Positions 1-9,861 of a stretch of DNA of 64,000 bases are shown here, piece after piece. Both the position numbers and the translations under genes were made by a program. The notes beneath the pieces are model-generated. The model was not told where the DNA came from. It saw nothing but the letters and a program-made list of their open reading frames with translations, and made no database searches. Each line of letters opens with the position of its first letter. Within the stretch, counting starts at the first letter, position 1. Origin of the DNA: a virus (lineage: Duplodnaviria; Heunggongvirae; Uroviricota; Caudoviricetes); IMG/VR virus record IMGVR_UViG_3300012983_000030. One strand, 5' to 3'.

Positions 1-418
1 GCTCATCAGTAATAGTTAAGTTATACTCATGTATTGCTTTAGCAGTCTTAGCTCTTGTCTCTTCACTAGCATGACTTTCTTGCATTATCTTACTATGCTT
101 TTCTAATAATTCAGGATTACTCCATACTTCTTTTTGCTTTATACGCTGCTTTTCTCTTTTTTCTTCTGTCCATGTATCTTTTATACTTTCTTTAAACTTA
201 GCTATAGTCTCTTCGCTAGTCTTCTTACCTTTATTCCAAGGCTCTTTGCCCATACGTGCTTCGGACAATTTCTTTCTTTGTTCTTCAGTCTTCTTATACT
301 TACCGTGTGTCTTATTATATTCTATTCCACATTCTCTACAGCAAAATATACTACTTTTTCTTGCCGGATGAAATAACTTACCACAATTTAAACATGCTAT
401 ATCTGCTTTCTTTTTCAC
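1..418 (-). CDS. Zn-finger/NUMOD3-motif homing-endonuclease-like protein, N-terminal part (runs off window start)
   Basis: Not in ORF track (no stop in window). Manual translation from GTG at 418 after RBS AAGGAG: MKKKADIACLNCGKLFHPARKSSIFCCRECG...TEEQRKKLSEARMGKEPWNKGKKTSEETIAK (CxxC pairs + NUMOD3-type motif). Confidence 0.7.
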   Translation of the reverse strand, partial: MKKKADIACLNCGKLFHPARKSSIFCCRECGIEYNKTHGKYKKTEEQRKKLSEARMGKEPWNKGKKTSEETIAKFKESIKDTWTEEKREKQRIKQKEVWSNPELLEKHSKIMQESHASEETRAKTAKAIHEYNLTITDE

Positions 419-442
419 TGCGCTATACTCCTTGCTAAATGG

Positions 443-458
443 TTATACTTAATAGAAC
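443..458 (-). promoter_or_regulatory. Motif B (GTTCT+AT-rich), candidate late/middle promoter
   Basis: Minus strand GTTCTattaagtataa upstream of the 418 start. Confidence 0.45.
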
Positions 459-503
459 ATAGTATAGACTAGAAGAAAATAATTGTAAATAAAAAAAATG
501 CAT

Positions 504-540
504 AAAAAAGAAACCCTCAAGATTTCTCTCAAGGGTCTCT
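504..540 (-). terminator. Rho-independent terminator after major capsid gene
   Basis: Stem agaaaccct/agggtctct followed by U-run on minus strand. Confidence 0.7.
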
Positions 541-569
541 CATATTACTATCTTCTAAGTGCTTGAAAA

Positions 570-2132
570 TTAAGCATTGTTGAAGTTAGAAATAGCACCA
601 CGTACTAAGTATTCAGGTTTATTCAAGAATAAATCATAGAATGACATAGCACCTTTGTGGTTCTTCAAGTTTGGAGCTTGGAATGTTGGAGTGAAATACA
701 ACGGAATCCACTCAGCTAAAACTATTGCAGAATCACCTAATTGGAAACCTTTGAAACCAAACACAACTTGGTCAGCTGGTAATGTATTGCTATAAGGAAC
801 AGCGATAACAGCAATTGTACCTTCACGCAATGTACCTGCTAAGTAAGGACCAATTGGTTTCTTAGCTTCTGGAGCAGCTTTGAAGCCTTCGATTTGTTCA
901 ATGATTGTTAAACCTTGACGAGCTGAACAAATGATGAATTCTACAGTACCACGACCAGCTGTTTCTTGGATAATACCGCGAGCAGCAGAAATTGTAGTAG
1001 TATAAGAAGAATATCTTTGTTGTAATGTCAAGTTTGCACCGTTAGCAGCACAATCAAATGTTAAGTCAGGGTTAGCAACAGCACCTGCATATACAGCGCG
1101 TACTAATGCTAAGTCTCTTTCCCAACGAATTGTACCAGCGATTTGGTTAGCAATCAATTCATCAGTATCGATAGCCAAGTGAGCATTCATAACCAAACCA
1201 GCAGCAACAGAGTAAGAACTCATTAATGGGTGTTGCTTAGCCATAATTGGTTGGTTAGGAATATCAAATTGAATCTTACGAATCAATTCAACGTCTGTTT
1301 CAACATCAACAGCAGCTTCAAAAGACATAGTAGCTTTATTAGCAATAGCTTCAGCATACATAGTTGTGTCTAATTCTAATTCAGCTTCACCTGTTTGAGC
1401 ATCAACTGTACCAGTAACACCACGACCAATTACTTGATATTTACCTTCGTTAACACCATCAAGACCTGCAGCACCATTACCATAGTCACGTGCAATTTCT
1501 TTACCAGCTAAACGAACGATGAATGAACCAGCGCGTACTTTTACTGTAGCATCAGCAGGAAGAGCAGAAGAAGGAGCAGCAGCAACCTTATCAGCAGCTT
1601 CAGCATTAGCATAACCAATGAATTCAGATGAGTATGTACCGTCTGTAGCTTGCTCGAATACGATGTCACCAGCTTCTACACCAGCAGCGTCCTGAGAGTA
1701 ACGTGTTTTAATCACGAAAATTTGACCTGACTGACGGTCAAGTGCTTGAATATCCGCAATATAATTTGCCACCATTTGTGGATAAAACACATTTACGATG
1801 TCAACAACTTTAGGTGTTAAAGAAGCAACACCAGGAGAAAGTAAGCTAACAGCAGAAGTAGAAGCATTGCCGTAGTCAGCTTCATGAAGAATGTCACGGC
1901 CTTGTTCTTTAGCAACATATTCAGCTGTATTTTCTAAAAGTTGAACCAAAGTAGCTGCAGCATATTTAGCTTCTTTGCTGTCTGATTCAATGCCTTTAAC
2001 TAAGTTAGGGCAACGTTTACCTAAAGTAGATTCGTGTAATACTTCAGCTGCGTGTGCAATACCTTTGTTGATTTTTGCGCTACGGGCTTTAGCTACCAAC
2101 GAATTGTCTTCAATTTTTGTTAATATAGACAT
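570..2132 (-). CDS. Major capsid protein, T4 gp23-like (HK97 fold)
   Basis: 520 aa; VDIVNVFYPQMVANYIADIQALDRQSGQIFVIKTRY resembles the gp23 N-terminal motif; C-terminal WIPLYFTPTFQAPNLKNHKGAMSFY; strong high-expression codon bias. Confidence 0.85.
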   Translation of the reverse strand: MSILTKIEDNSLVAKARSAKINKGIAHAAEVLHESTLGKRCPNLVKGIESDSKEAKYAAATLVQLLENTAEYVAKEQGRDILHEADYGNASTSAVSLLSPGVASLTPKVVDIVNVFYPQMVANYIADIQALDRQSGQIFVIKTRYSQDAAGVEAGDIVFEQATDGTYSSEFIGYANAEAADKVAAAPSSALPADATVKVRAGSFIVRLAGKEIARDYGNGAAGLDGVNEGKYQVIGRGVTGTVDAQTGEAELELDTTMYAEAIANKATMSFEAAVDVETDVELIRKIQFDIPNQPIMAKQHPLMSSYSVAAGLVMNAHLAIDTDELIANQIAGTIRWERDLALVRAVYAGAVANPDLTFDCAANGANLTLQQRYSSYTTTISAARGIIQETAGRGTVEFIICSARQGLTIIEQIEGFKAAPEAKKPIGPYLAGTLREGTIAVIAVPYSNTLPADQVVFGFKGFQLGDSAIVLAEWIPLYFTPTFQAPNLKNHKGAMSFYDLFLNKPEYLVRGAISNFNNA

Positions 2133-2325
2133 AGTAGTTATATTCCTTTACTATAAGTTAAGTTTTTATTTTGTTATTGTCTTTATTGTATGTTATATAT
2201 TATGTTAGAATAAATATTTCGTATTTATATATACGTATTATTCTAAATCCAGAGTAGTTAAAGATCCCGTAGTTGTATTAAGTTTGTTTTTGGGAAACTT
2301 TTTTATTATCAGAATTTATATTACT

Positions 2326-2341
2326 GATATTTTTATAGAAC
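2326..2341 (-). promoter_or_regulatory. Motif B upstream of major capsid gene
   Basis: Minus strand GTTCTataaaaatat. Confidence 0.45.
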
Positions 2342-2458
2342 ATAATATATACGTAGAAAATTAGAAGAATTGAATTTTTATTTATTTTTTACACTGTTTA
2401 TTTCATATAGTCATTAATTAGTTGTGTATAACTATTATAAAAGTATATATTTAAATAT

Positions 2459-2489
2459 TGTTTTACTTATATGATTTTAGTGTTAGAAT
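2459..2489 (+). promoter_or_regulatory. Motif A sigma70-type early promoter
   Basis: TGTTTTACT, 16-nt spacer, TGn-TAGAAT. Confidence 0.6.
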
Positions 2490-2541
2490 AGTGGTAATAT
2501 AATAGTAATATCTGTATTATAGAAAAGGATTTAGTTTATAG

Positions 2542-3249
2542 ATGGCGTGTAGTAAAAGATATAGGTATAGATGGAATGTAAAACATGCTATATTAGAGTT
2601 GTTATATGATAGTGAGTTATATAATTTGCCTGGATATTATGGTGGAAGGTTTATTAATCATTTTATAAATAACTATTTTGGATTTGAAGGATATAATGGT
2701 ATACATCTTGATTTAGTTATGGATAATGAATCTTTTACGTATAACTTTTTTGAGCCTATGCTGTTTATTGAGAGTGAATGGGCTAAGCGTATTAGTGGAA
2801 AGAGATATTATTTACCGTTTATTGAATCTGATTGTAAGGAAATAAGCCGTAGGTTATTTGTGTGGAATATACCTTCTTGTGTATTTAAGCCAAGAATGAA
2901 GGAAGATGATGATGGATTAGAAGAAGAGACACTTGCTTTAAATACAAATTGGTTAAATAGAAAGTTAAAAATAGCTGATGATGAAATAATAAAACGTAGT
3001 TTGTTATATACTGATGTTGAGAGTGTATTTATAAACTTATATACGATGAAGTTTAGAATATTTTTATATAATGATTTTGCGTTAATACCTGTAGATACTA
3101 TAAAAGAGAAATTGAGAGTAATCAATGAGCAGTTAAAAAGTTTTGGTATAACATATGTACAGAATATCTTTAATGATATGTATCGGTTATATAAGATAGA
3201 AGATATACATACAACACATACTCTTTTACGAATGTATGGGTATGTATAG
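2542..3249 (+). CDS. Hypothetical protein
   Basis: 235 aa ORF with RBS AAGGA and upstream motif A; unusually G/T-rich coding strand. Confidence 0.6.
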   Translation: MACSKRYRYRWNVKHAILELLYDSELYNLPGYYGGRFINHFINNYFGFEGYNGIHLDLVMDNESFTYNFFEPMLFIESEWAKRISGKRYYLPFIESDCKEISRRLFVWNIPSCVFKPRMKEDDDGLEEETLALNTNWLNRKLKIADDEIIKRSLLYTDVESVFINLYTMKFRIFLYNDFALIPVDTIKEKLRVINEQLKSFGITYVQNIFNDMYRLYKIEDIHTTHTLLRMYGYV

Positions 3250-3280
3250 TAGTATATAAGAAAGAAAGAGGTATATAGAT

Positions 3281-3607
3281 ATGCCATATAAAAGTACAAA
3301 AATAAAAATTATAAATACAGCGTATGATAGAAGATGTAAACTAACTGCAATACAAAAAGATGAGATTATATCACTTAAAGATACTATATCTCAACGTAAG
3401 TGTGCTGAAATGTTTAATGTATCTAGACGTACTATACAATTTTTATGGGATCCTAAAAAATTAAAAAGAAATATACAGCGTAGACAAGAACGTGGTGGTA
3501 CTAAACAATATTACAATAAAGAAAAGCATAGAGAACAAATAAAGACACATAGAAGATATAAACAACAACTATATTTGGAAGGTAAAATAAGTAATGACAA
3601 AGACTAA
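3281..3607 (+). CDS. HTH DNA-binding protein
   Basis: LTAIQKDEIISLKDTISQRKCAEMFNVSRRTIQF helix-turn-helix pattern. Confidence 0.7.
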   Translation: MPYKSTKIKIINTAYDRRCKLTAIQKDEIISLKDTISQRKCAEMFNVSRRTIQFLWDPKKLKRNIQRRQERGGTKQYYNKEKHREQIKTHRRYKQQLYLEGKISNDKD

Positions 3608-3821
3608 TAGTAAATCATCAGTAATAAAACCTACATATATACTTACTTTATATGGACAAGAATTAGTATATAATGATTCAGGTATTAATAAAAGATTAGA
3701 ATGGAAATCATATAGATTAGCTAAAAAGTTTTTAATGACTAATGAGTTTTTAATTGATGGTAAATTACTAAATACTGATGATATTACTATTACTGATTAC
3801 AGAAAATATTTAGAAAATTAA
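3594..3821 (+). CDS. Hypothetical protein
   Basis: 75 aa, overlaps upstream gene, RBS GAAGG. Confidence 0.55.
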   Translation: MTKTNSKSSVIKPTYILTLYGQELVYNDSGINKRLEWKSYRLAKKFLMTNEFLIDGKLLNTDDITITDYRKYLEN

Positions 3822-3840
3822 TACGTATTGGATATAAGGT

Positions 3841-4665
3841 ATGAATAACTTTGAAAATTTAGAAGATTTAGAAGGTGAAGTGTGGAAAGATTTACCTGAT
3901 TTTGAAGGTATATATCAAGTTAGTACTAAAGGTAGAATTAAAAGTCTAAAGTGTACTAAACGTTGTAAACCACATATATTAAAACAAACTGTAGTTGTAG
4001 AAAAAAGTCATCAAAAGTATAAAAATAGTAATGGATATGCACAGGTAAAATTGCATGTAAATGGTAAAGGCTATACTAAAAGAGTACATAGATTAGTTGC
4101 TATAACATTTATTCCTAATCCTGAAAATAAAGATCAAGTTAATCATATAGATGGTAATACTTTAAACAATTGTGTAGAGAATTTAGAATGGTCAAATGGA
4201 AGCGAAAATACATTACATGCAAGAAGAGTTTTAAAACGCGGTATTTCTCATGTAATCGGTGAAAGACATGGTAATGCCAATTTAACTTGGAATGATGTAA
4301 ATAAAATACGTGAAGATTATCCAAAAGATATAAATTTAGATTATAGAGATTTTGCAAAGATATATAACGTAAAACCTGGTGAAATAGGTTATATTGTTAT
4401 GAATAAAACTTGGTATGATCCTAAATATACTCCACCTAAGTACTCAAATTACTATATACGTAATGGAATTACTTCTAAAAAAGATAGAGTACAAACTATA
4501 ACTTTAAGTAAATCACAAATTTTAACAAAAAGTCAAGTAGATGAAATACGATTGCTATATAAAACACAACGATATTCACAACAAAAACTGGCTACTATGT
4601 ATAACGTTAGTAAATCATTAATAAGTGATGTGTTACTATATAAAAGATGTTTTTCTAAGATTTAA
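3841..4665 (+). CDS. NUMOD4-HNH homing endonuclease with C-terminal HTH motifs
   Basis: EVWKDLPDFEGIYQVSTKGRIKS (NUMOD4); VHRLVAITFIPNPENKDQVNHIDGNTLNNCVENLEW (HNH); C-terminal SQQKLATMYNVSKSLIS. Confidence 0.9.
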   Translation: MNNFENLEDLEGEVWKDLPDFEGIYQVSTKGRIKSLKCTKRCKPHILKQTVVVEKSHQKYKNSNGYAQVKLHVNGKGYTKRVHRLVAITFIPNPENKDQVNHIDGNTLNNCVENLEWSNGSENTLHARRVLKRGISHVIGERHGNANLTWNDVNKIREDYPKDINLDYRDFAKIYNVKPGEIGYIVMNKTWYDPKYTPPKYSNYYIRNGITSKKDRVQTITLSKSQILTKSQVDEIRLLYKTQRYSQQKLATMYNVSKSLISDVLLYKRCFSKI

Positions 4666-4702
4666 TTTATTATTTAATTAAAAATAAATTTTTACAAATA
4701 TC

Positions 4703-4734
4703 TGTTTTACGTTATTTTTTTTGTTTGCTATAGT
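4703..4734 (+). promoter_or_regulatory. Motif A early promoter
   Basis: TGTTTTACG-N17-TATAGT with TGn. Confidence 0.65.
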
Positions 4735-4764
4735 AAATGCATAGTAAATAATAGGAGAACTTAA

Positions 4765-5469
4765 ATGAAATTAGATAACAAAGAATTGTTTATACAAAGG
4801 ACTAAACTTTTAAATGACATTGCTGAATTACTTGGTCATGTAGAAACGTTAAAAGAATATGTTGATGAATATGTACAATCTTTAAAAAATATGCCTGGGA
4901 TATTCTTTAGAGTTAAAGATATCGTATATGTATTGACAAACAAAAGTATTGAGATAAATGATACAGCCGGTATTATGTCGATTGTAGATGATTTACCTAG
5001 CGTTTTATTTAAAGCATTAGATAATAAATCAATTGCTTATTATAAGACAGCAGAAGGTAAAGTCGCTGCTTTGGATATGTTTAGCGATTATATCATCAAT
5101 AATATGCACGTAATTTTACACGAATTAGTACACATTGATGATGAACGAAACGGTACAATCAAAAAGGGTGATAAAAGTGTAAGTACTAATCCCTATGCTT
5201 ATTATAATCATCCTTCTGAAATTAGAGCATATACACAAGACTGTTTATATTTGGCCATCACTGAAATATTCGAAGCAATAAATAAAAATGAAATTAAAAA
5301 TAAAACAGATTTAAAAAAGTTTTGTAAAATATATAAAGAATATAAAGATATTTTTACTAAAGCTAAGAAAAAGAATAACTTTGTTTATTGGACACCTGCT
5401 ACATTTAATGATTATCTTAGTAATTTAGATTATGTAGTGAATTTAATTGGTTTAAGTTTGCCAGACTAA
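4765..5469 (+). CDS. Zincin-like metallopeptidase-domain protein
   Basis: ILHELVHID (HExxH) plus downstream YYNHPSEIRAY (third-ligand Glu). Confidence 0.6.
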   Translation: MKLDNKELFIQRTKLLNDIAELLGHVETLKEYVDEYVQSLKNMPGIFFRVKDIVYVLTNKSIEINDTAGIMSIVDDLPSVLFKALDNKSIAYYKTAEGKVAALDMFSDYIINNMHVILHELVHIDDERNGTIKKGDKSVSTNPYAYYNHPSEIRAYTQDCLYLAITEIFEAINKNEIKNKTDLKKFCKIYKEYKDIFTKAKKKNNFVYWTPATFNDYLSNLDYVVNLIGLSLPD

Positions 5470-5508
5470 AGAAATTACTATAGTAATATTTAGTTAGGAA
5501 TAAATGAA

Positions 5509-6168
5509 ATGACATCAGTGTTTAGAAATAGGGTATTAGGTTACGATGTAGATGATAATAATTTAATTGAAGTGAGTTATCCTAATAGATGGTTAGACTT
5601 TGAAAAGTCTTCAATTAGACTTATAAAAAAGAATGAAATATGTATTTTTGAATATATAGCTTCAGTTATTGCTCTTTTGTGGAAAGAAGCCTCATGGCAT
5701 TCAGAATATTCTGTATTTCAGAGTACGAGTTTCGGTGTAAGTATATCTCCTATAGTAATAATTTATGATAAAAGACGTAATTTATTAATATGTGAAGCAA
5801 CCTATTTTCCAGATCAAGCTGCTGATACTCATTTGGTTTCAGATGAAGTCAAATGTGCTCGTATAGCTTTAAAAGATTTTCAAGAAACCATAAATAAGTA
5901 TAGCTTTAATTCAATTATTAATTTATCTCCGATATGTATTTATTCAGATTATTCACATACTCCAAAAGTAAATGATCAATATGATGAAGAGGAATGTCCT
6001 TATAAGTACTATTCACAACGAGACATTAGATTAAAAATCGTATTAGATTTAAATAAATTTAATGCATTGCATGAAGGATACTTACGTATGTTAGTAAATA
6101 AAAACACTTTGTATGATGAAGTTAATGAAAATCTTAGTGATTTAGCTAGTCTTTTGATATATGAATAA
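5509..6168 (+). CDS. Hypothetical protein
   Basis: 219 aa, RBS AGGA. Confidence 0.6.
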   Translation: MTSVFRNRVLGYDVDDNNLIEVSYPNRWLDFEKSSIRLIKKNEICIFEYIASVIALLWKEASWHSEYSVFQSTSFGVSISPIVIIYDKRRNLLICEATYFPDQAADTHLVSDEVKCARIALKDFQETINKYSFNSIINLSPICIYSDYSHTPKVNDQYDEEECPYKYYSQRDIRLKIVLDLNKFNALHEGYLRMLVNKNTLYDEVNENLSDLASLLIYE

Positions 6169-6197
6169 TCTCAGTAATTAATTTTTAATGCAAATTC

Positions 6198-6229
6198 TGT
6201 TTTACTATATGTATAATATAGTTTATAAT
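6198..6229 (+). promoter_or_regulatory. Motif A early promoter
   Basis: TGTTTTACT-N17-TATAAT. Confidence 0.7.
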
Positions 6230-6260
6230 AATATTATATTATAGATAAAATGGAGTTTCA

Positions 6261-7274
6261 GTGATGTTAGAATTTGATAAAGAATATAGAGTAGAGCTAA
6301 GAGTAAAAAACAATTTACTCTATAAAAAGATTTATGATAATTATGGAACAATAAAGAATTTTTCTGATACAGTTGGTATAAGTATTCAAGTAATCAGGGA
6401 CTTTCTTAATTTTAAGTGTGATTTATATAATAGAAGAGGTGGGGAATTAAAAAACAGTGTTAAAAAGTTAATGGATATATTTAAATGCCCATTAAATGAA
6501 TTATTTCCAGAAAATTATAAAGTCATAGAAACTAATAAATATATTAAAGAAGTTAGCCAGCAAGAAATAGAATTAATTTCTATGCAAAGTTCTGAGATGA
6601 ATTTGTTAACATACTCATTTGATTCTGAAATAGAACAAATTGACTTAAGAAACAAAATTGAGAAACTTATCAATACTCTTTCTCCAAGAGAAGCTGAAAT
6701 AATAAGACTTAAGCATTTTAATAATTATACAACAACAGAAATAGCTGAAGAATTAGGTATATCTAAACAAAGAGTAGGTCAAATAATTGAAGCTGCAATT
6801 GGAAAAATGTCACATCCTGGTAGAATCAAATCATTAAAAGAATATGCGGAAGGTAGAGATATTTTAACTAGCTTAAATGCTTATAATCCTAATCGTCTAG
6901 CAAAAATTAAAGATAAAGATGAAACAACTTTATTTATTTTAACTAATACTATTTGGAAGGATATATTAGGTGTTCGTCGTAGACTTTATACTAGGTATTG
7001 CCCTATTCAAATAGATCAAGAAACAATTAGTCGCGGATTTATTAAAAAATATAAAGGTAAGTATATAAAATTTATATACGATGAAGACAAAGCTGATAGT
7101 TTAGAAGATCTTAAGTTATTTAGAAAATTAATTAATATATTTATAGATTTATGTAAATCAGTTAGTGATGTTAAAATTACTGATAAATATATCATCATGC
7201 CTAGAAGTGAATTTGAAAAACTCAACAGTAAAGTGCTTGAAGTTAAAAATATAATAAGTATAAACATTGATTAG
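6261..7274 (+). CDS. XRE-like HTH + sigma70 region-4 domain protein
   Basis: LINTLSPREAEIIRLKHFNNYTTTEIAEELGISKQRVGQIIEAAIGKMSHPGRIKSLKEY matches RpoD region 4; no region 2 recognisable. Confidence 0.75.
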   Translation: MMLEFDKEYRVELRVKNNLLYKKIYDNYGTIKNFSDTVGISIQVIRDFLNFKCDLYNRRGGELKNSVKKLMDIFKCPLNELFPENYKVIETNKYIKEVSQQEIELISMQSSEMNLLTYSFDSEIEQIDLRNKIEKLINTLSPREAEIIRLKHFNNYTTTEIAEELGISKQRVGQIIEAAIGKMSHPGRIKSLKEYAEGRDILTSLNAYNPNRLAKIKDKDETTLFILTNTIWKDILGVRRRLYTRYCPIQIDQETISRGFIKKYKGKYIKFIYDEDKADSLEDLKLFRKLINIFIDLCKSVSDVKITDKYIIMPRSEFEKLNSKVLEVKNIISINID

Positions 7275-7311
7275 ACATTTAGCACCATAAGTAAAAATAA
7301 GCCATTTTTTT

Positions 7312-7327
7312 GTTCTTATAACATATA
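7312..7327 (+). promoter_or_regulatory. Motif B
   Basis: GTTCTtataacatata upstream of the 7356-9822 operon. Confidence 0.45.
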
Positions 7328-7355
7328 GTTAATTTAATATATTATAAGGTGAAAA

Positions 7356-8021
7356 ATGATAGTAGCGTATTCTGGAAAAAATGCAACTTTAGAGATGGTT
7401 AGCGGTAATAAAAATATAGGTTTAATTACTGCAAAAAACGATGGAGTTGAATATAAATTAGAAAGTAAACTTGAAGTATCTAATGATCAAAGAACTTTAA
7501 GCAAAAGGTTTTTATTTACTCTATTTAAAAATACAAAAAGATTATTTAAAGATCCTATTTCTCAACAAGTGGATTTAAAATTTTACGAAACATTTAGTAG
7601 TGGTAGAATTAATAGTGTTGCTAGTATTAGATGTGATACTGCTAAACATTTTCCTGCAGAATTAACAGTTAGAGATGAACCAGATAAAAATTACATTTCT
7701 AATAATTGGACATGTACTACTCATACTAGAGTATGGACACTTACTACAAAATATGATATGGGTAATGATGTTGCATTGCCTTTAGTAAGTAATGTATATA
7801 TGAGAACAAGTGATGTAAAATATAAAACAAAAGAAGTAGAAGTAGAAGAATTAGCAAAAGAAGCTACTATAAAAATGACAAGAGATGAAATAATACAAGA
7901 TGAAGCAGACGCTGCTGAATATGAGTCATATTTAGGTACTCATGTAATTGGAATAGAATATTACCATGATAATGAATTAGTAGCATCTGATATTCATAAA
8001 ATTATACTCATGCAAGACTAA
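7356..8021 (+). CDS. Hypothetical protein, possibly virion-associated
   Basis: 221 aa, beta-rich, first gene of a motif-B operon. Confidence 0.55.
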   Translation: MIVAYSGKNATLEMVSGNKNIGLITAKNDGVEYKLESKLEVSNDQRTLSKRFLFTLFKNTKRLFKDPISQQVDLKFYETFSSGRINSVASIRCDTAKHFPAELTVRDEPDKNYISNNWTCTTHTRVWTLTTKYDMGNDVALPLVSNVYMRTSDVKYKTKEVEVEELAKEATIKMTRDEIIQDEADAAEYESYLGTHVIGIEYYHDNELVASDIHKIILMQD

Positions 8022-8057
8022 TATAATATTTAATTCTTTTTAAGAAAGTTTATTAAA

Positions 8058-9215
8058 ATGATATTTTATGGTAGAAGTCAAATCGATGTGTTTCATCCGG
8101 CTAAATCAACTGGAACACAAATTGCAGCTATTAACAAAACAGGCGCTGTAATTAATGAAGGTGATAAAGTTTGGTTAAATAAAAATATAAAAATTCAAGG
8201 TAGTAATTATAAAGTTACTAATTCTTCTAATGCATATTATAACGATGGTGTATTAAACCGTGCTGGTACATTCGGTTGTAATGCTAATGCTTTGTATAGT
8301 TTTGGAGAAAGTTCTGCAAAGTGGATAAGTAATCCTTTTTCAATAAGTCCGACTAGTGTTAGATATTGTGCTGATAATAGTACTTTTGTTTTTAATTCTT
8401 CTGGTAATATGTCTGTTAGAATAGACGAACAGAATATTTTTCAATTAACAAGTATGACTCCAATTGCAGAAGATTGGTTTTACGAATCTAATACTAACTC
8501 TATACATAAATTAAACATGAAAACTGGAGAAATCATTGAAACATTAGGTACTGTGCCATATTTTGATGATGCTGCTATGACACGTATAAACAATACTATT
8601 CATAGTTTTACAGGATATGCTTATAGTTATGCATATGAAAATGGAGCTTTTGTACAAAAAAACAGAACTATAGAAAATTCATCTGTTTTTTATCCTGTTG
8701 CCGTAACGCTAGATAATAAATATATTGTAGCATCAGATCAAGAATATTATTCAAATCGTCAATATTATGCTGGTGGATTACGTTTAGTAAAAGTAATAGA
8801 TGAATTTACATTTAAAGTATTGTCTCAAAGTGAAATGCCAGCTGAATTACAAGAATGGTATAATAAAGATGCTTGTGTAGTATTTAATCAATATACTGGT
8901 GTATTGACATTATCTAGCTACACGGCTAATACATATGCAATGTTTAAATATGAAAATGATATATGGGTAAAATTAAATTTAGATTTAGGCAATATTATAC
9001 CAAGAAGCTCTTTGACAGTATCAGATGATTTAACAAGAGCTTTTTGTAGAGATAGCTCTACCGGTTATACTACTATAATTGATTTAGTAGATCTTTCTGG
9101 ATATATGACTGTTCCTTATAGAGCTTATAATATGAGTGAAAATACAATTACTGGTTATGCAGCAAATACAGCAGGACCAGATGAACAAGTTAAAGTAAGA
9201 ACAGTAATGGAGTAA
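8058..9215 (+). CDS. Putative virion/tail-associated protein with central beta-rich domain
   Basis: N-terminal AINKTGAVINEGDKVWL and C-terminal TGYAANTAGPDEQVKVRTV bracket an N/S/T/Y-rich beta region. Confidence 0.55.
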   Translation: MIFYGRSQIDVFHPAKSTGTQIAAINKTGAVINEGDKVWLNKNIKIQGSNYKVTNSSNAYYNDGVLNRAGTFGCNANALYSFGESSAKWISNPFSISPTSVRYCADNSTFVFNSSGNMSVRIDEQNIFQLTSMTPIAEDWFYESNTNSIHKLNMKTGEIIETLGTVPYFDDAAMTRINNTIHSFTGYAYSYAYENGAFVQKNRTIENSSVFYPVAVTLDNKYIVASDQEYYSNRQYYAGGLRLVKVIDEFTFKVLSQSEMPAELQEWYNKDACVVFNQYTGVLTLSSYTANTYAMFKYENDIWVKLNLDLGNIIPRSSLTVSDDLTRAFCRDSSTGYTTIIDLVDLSGYMTVPYRAYNMSENTITGYAANTAGPDEQVKVRTVME

Positions 9216-9219
9216 AAAG

Positions 9220-9822
9220 ATGCCGGTTTACTTTGGAAATAAAAGTCATGATATTATGATTGGAAAAGACCCTATTGAAAAGATGGGTGGAAATAAGCTA
9301 ACTTATAGTATGTATGGTGATAATATACCGATTATCGATAAAAAATGGTCACAAACCTATGATTGGCAAGCTGACGGGGTAACTTGGTCATTTAATAGTG
9401 TTATTCACGCAAAATGTTCAAATGATATGTTCACAAATATGTGGAAAAACGGCTGTGATGGTGTTAGGACTCTAAGTTCGTATCCGTCATTACTTGAATA
9501 TTTATACCCTTGTTGGAATACATTATCCAAGTATGATTTCTCCAATAAAATATCGTTAACAGTAGAACTACCTGTGGAAATAGATGTTTCTAGCGTTGAA
9601 GTAGGATTTTGGAGAAAAAGTTATGAAGATTATGTTAATGTCAATATGATATTATATGATGTGAATGGAAATGTTACAGGTTATACAACGTTAGCGAATG
9701 GTATAAACTCCATAACAGATAATGTAAAAGTAAAAAGCATTGAGTTTTGTGCATCTTCGATTAGTATAAAATCTTCACTCTCTGCTTATGTGTATTCGTT
9801 GATAATAAACGCAGCATATTAA
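9220..9822 (+). CDS. Shared-N-terminal-module family protein 1 (putative virion adhesin, beta-sandwich-like C-terminus)
   Basis: Begins MPVYFGNKSHDIMIGKDPIEKMGGNKLTYSMYGDNIP, shared with 10462, 11754 and 13967. Confidence 0.65.
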   Translation: MPVYFGNKSHDIMIGKDPIEKMGGNKLTYSMYGDNIPIIDKKWSQTYDWQADGVTWSFNSVIHAKCSNDMFTNMWKNGCDGVRTLSSYPSLLEYLYPCWNTLSKYDFSNKISLTVELPVEIDVSSVEVGFWRKSYEDYVNVNMILYDVNGNVTGYTTLANGINSITDNVKVKSIEFCASSISIKSSLSAYVYSLIINAAY

Positions 9823-9861
9823 AAAATTCATCAAAAGAACCGAGAATGTTAAAGTAAAATG

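Noticed and set aside
134-438. Plus-strand ORFs 134-376 and 256-438 and other antisense/shadow ORFs in the track (e.g. 2808-3299, 7016-7267, 27658-27972, 31975-32331, 43535-43858, 50603-50959, 58074-58499, 59451-60804)
   Set aside because: They overlap well-supported genes on the opposite strand or frame, lack an RBS and have composition typical of antisense translation.
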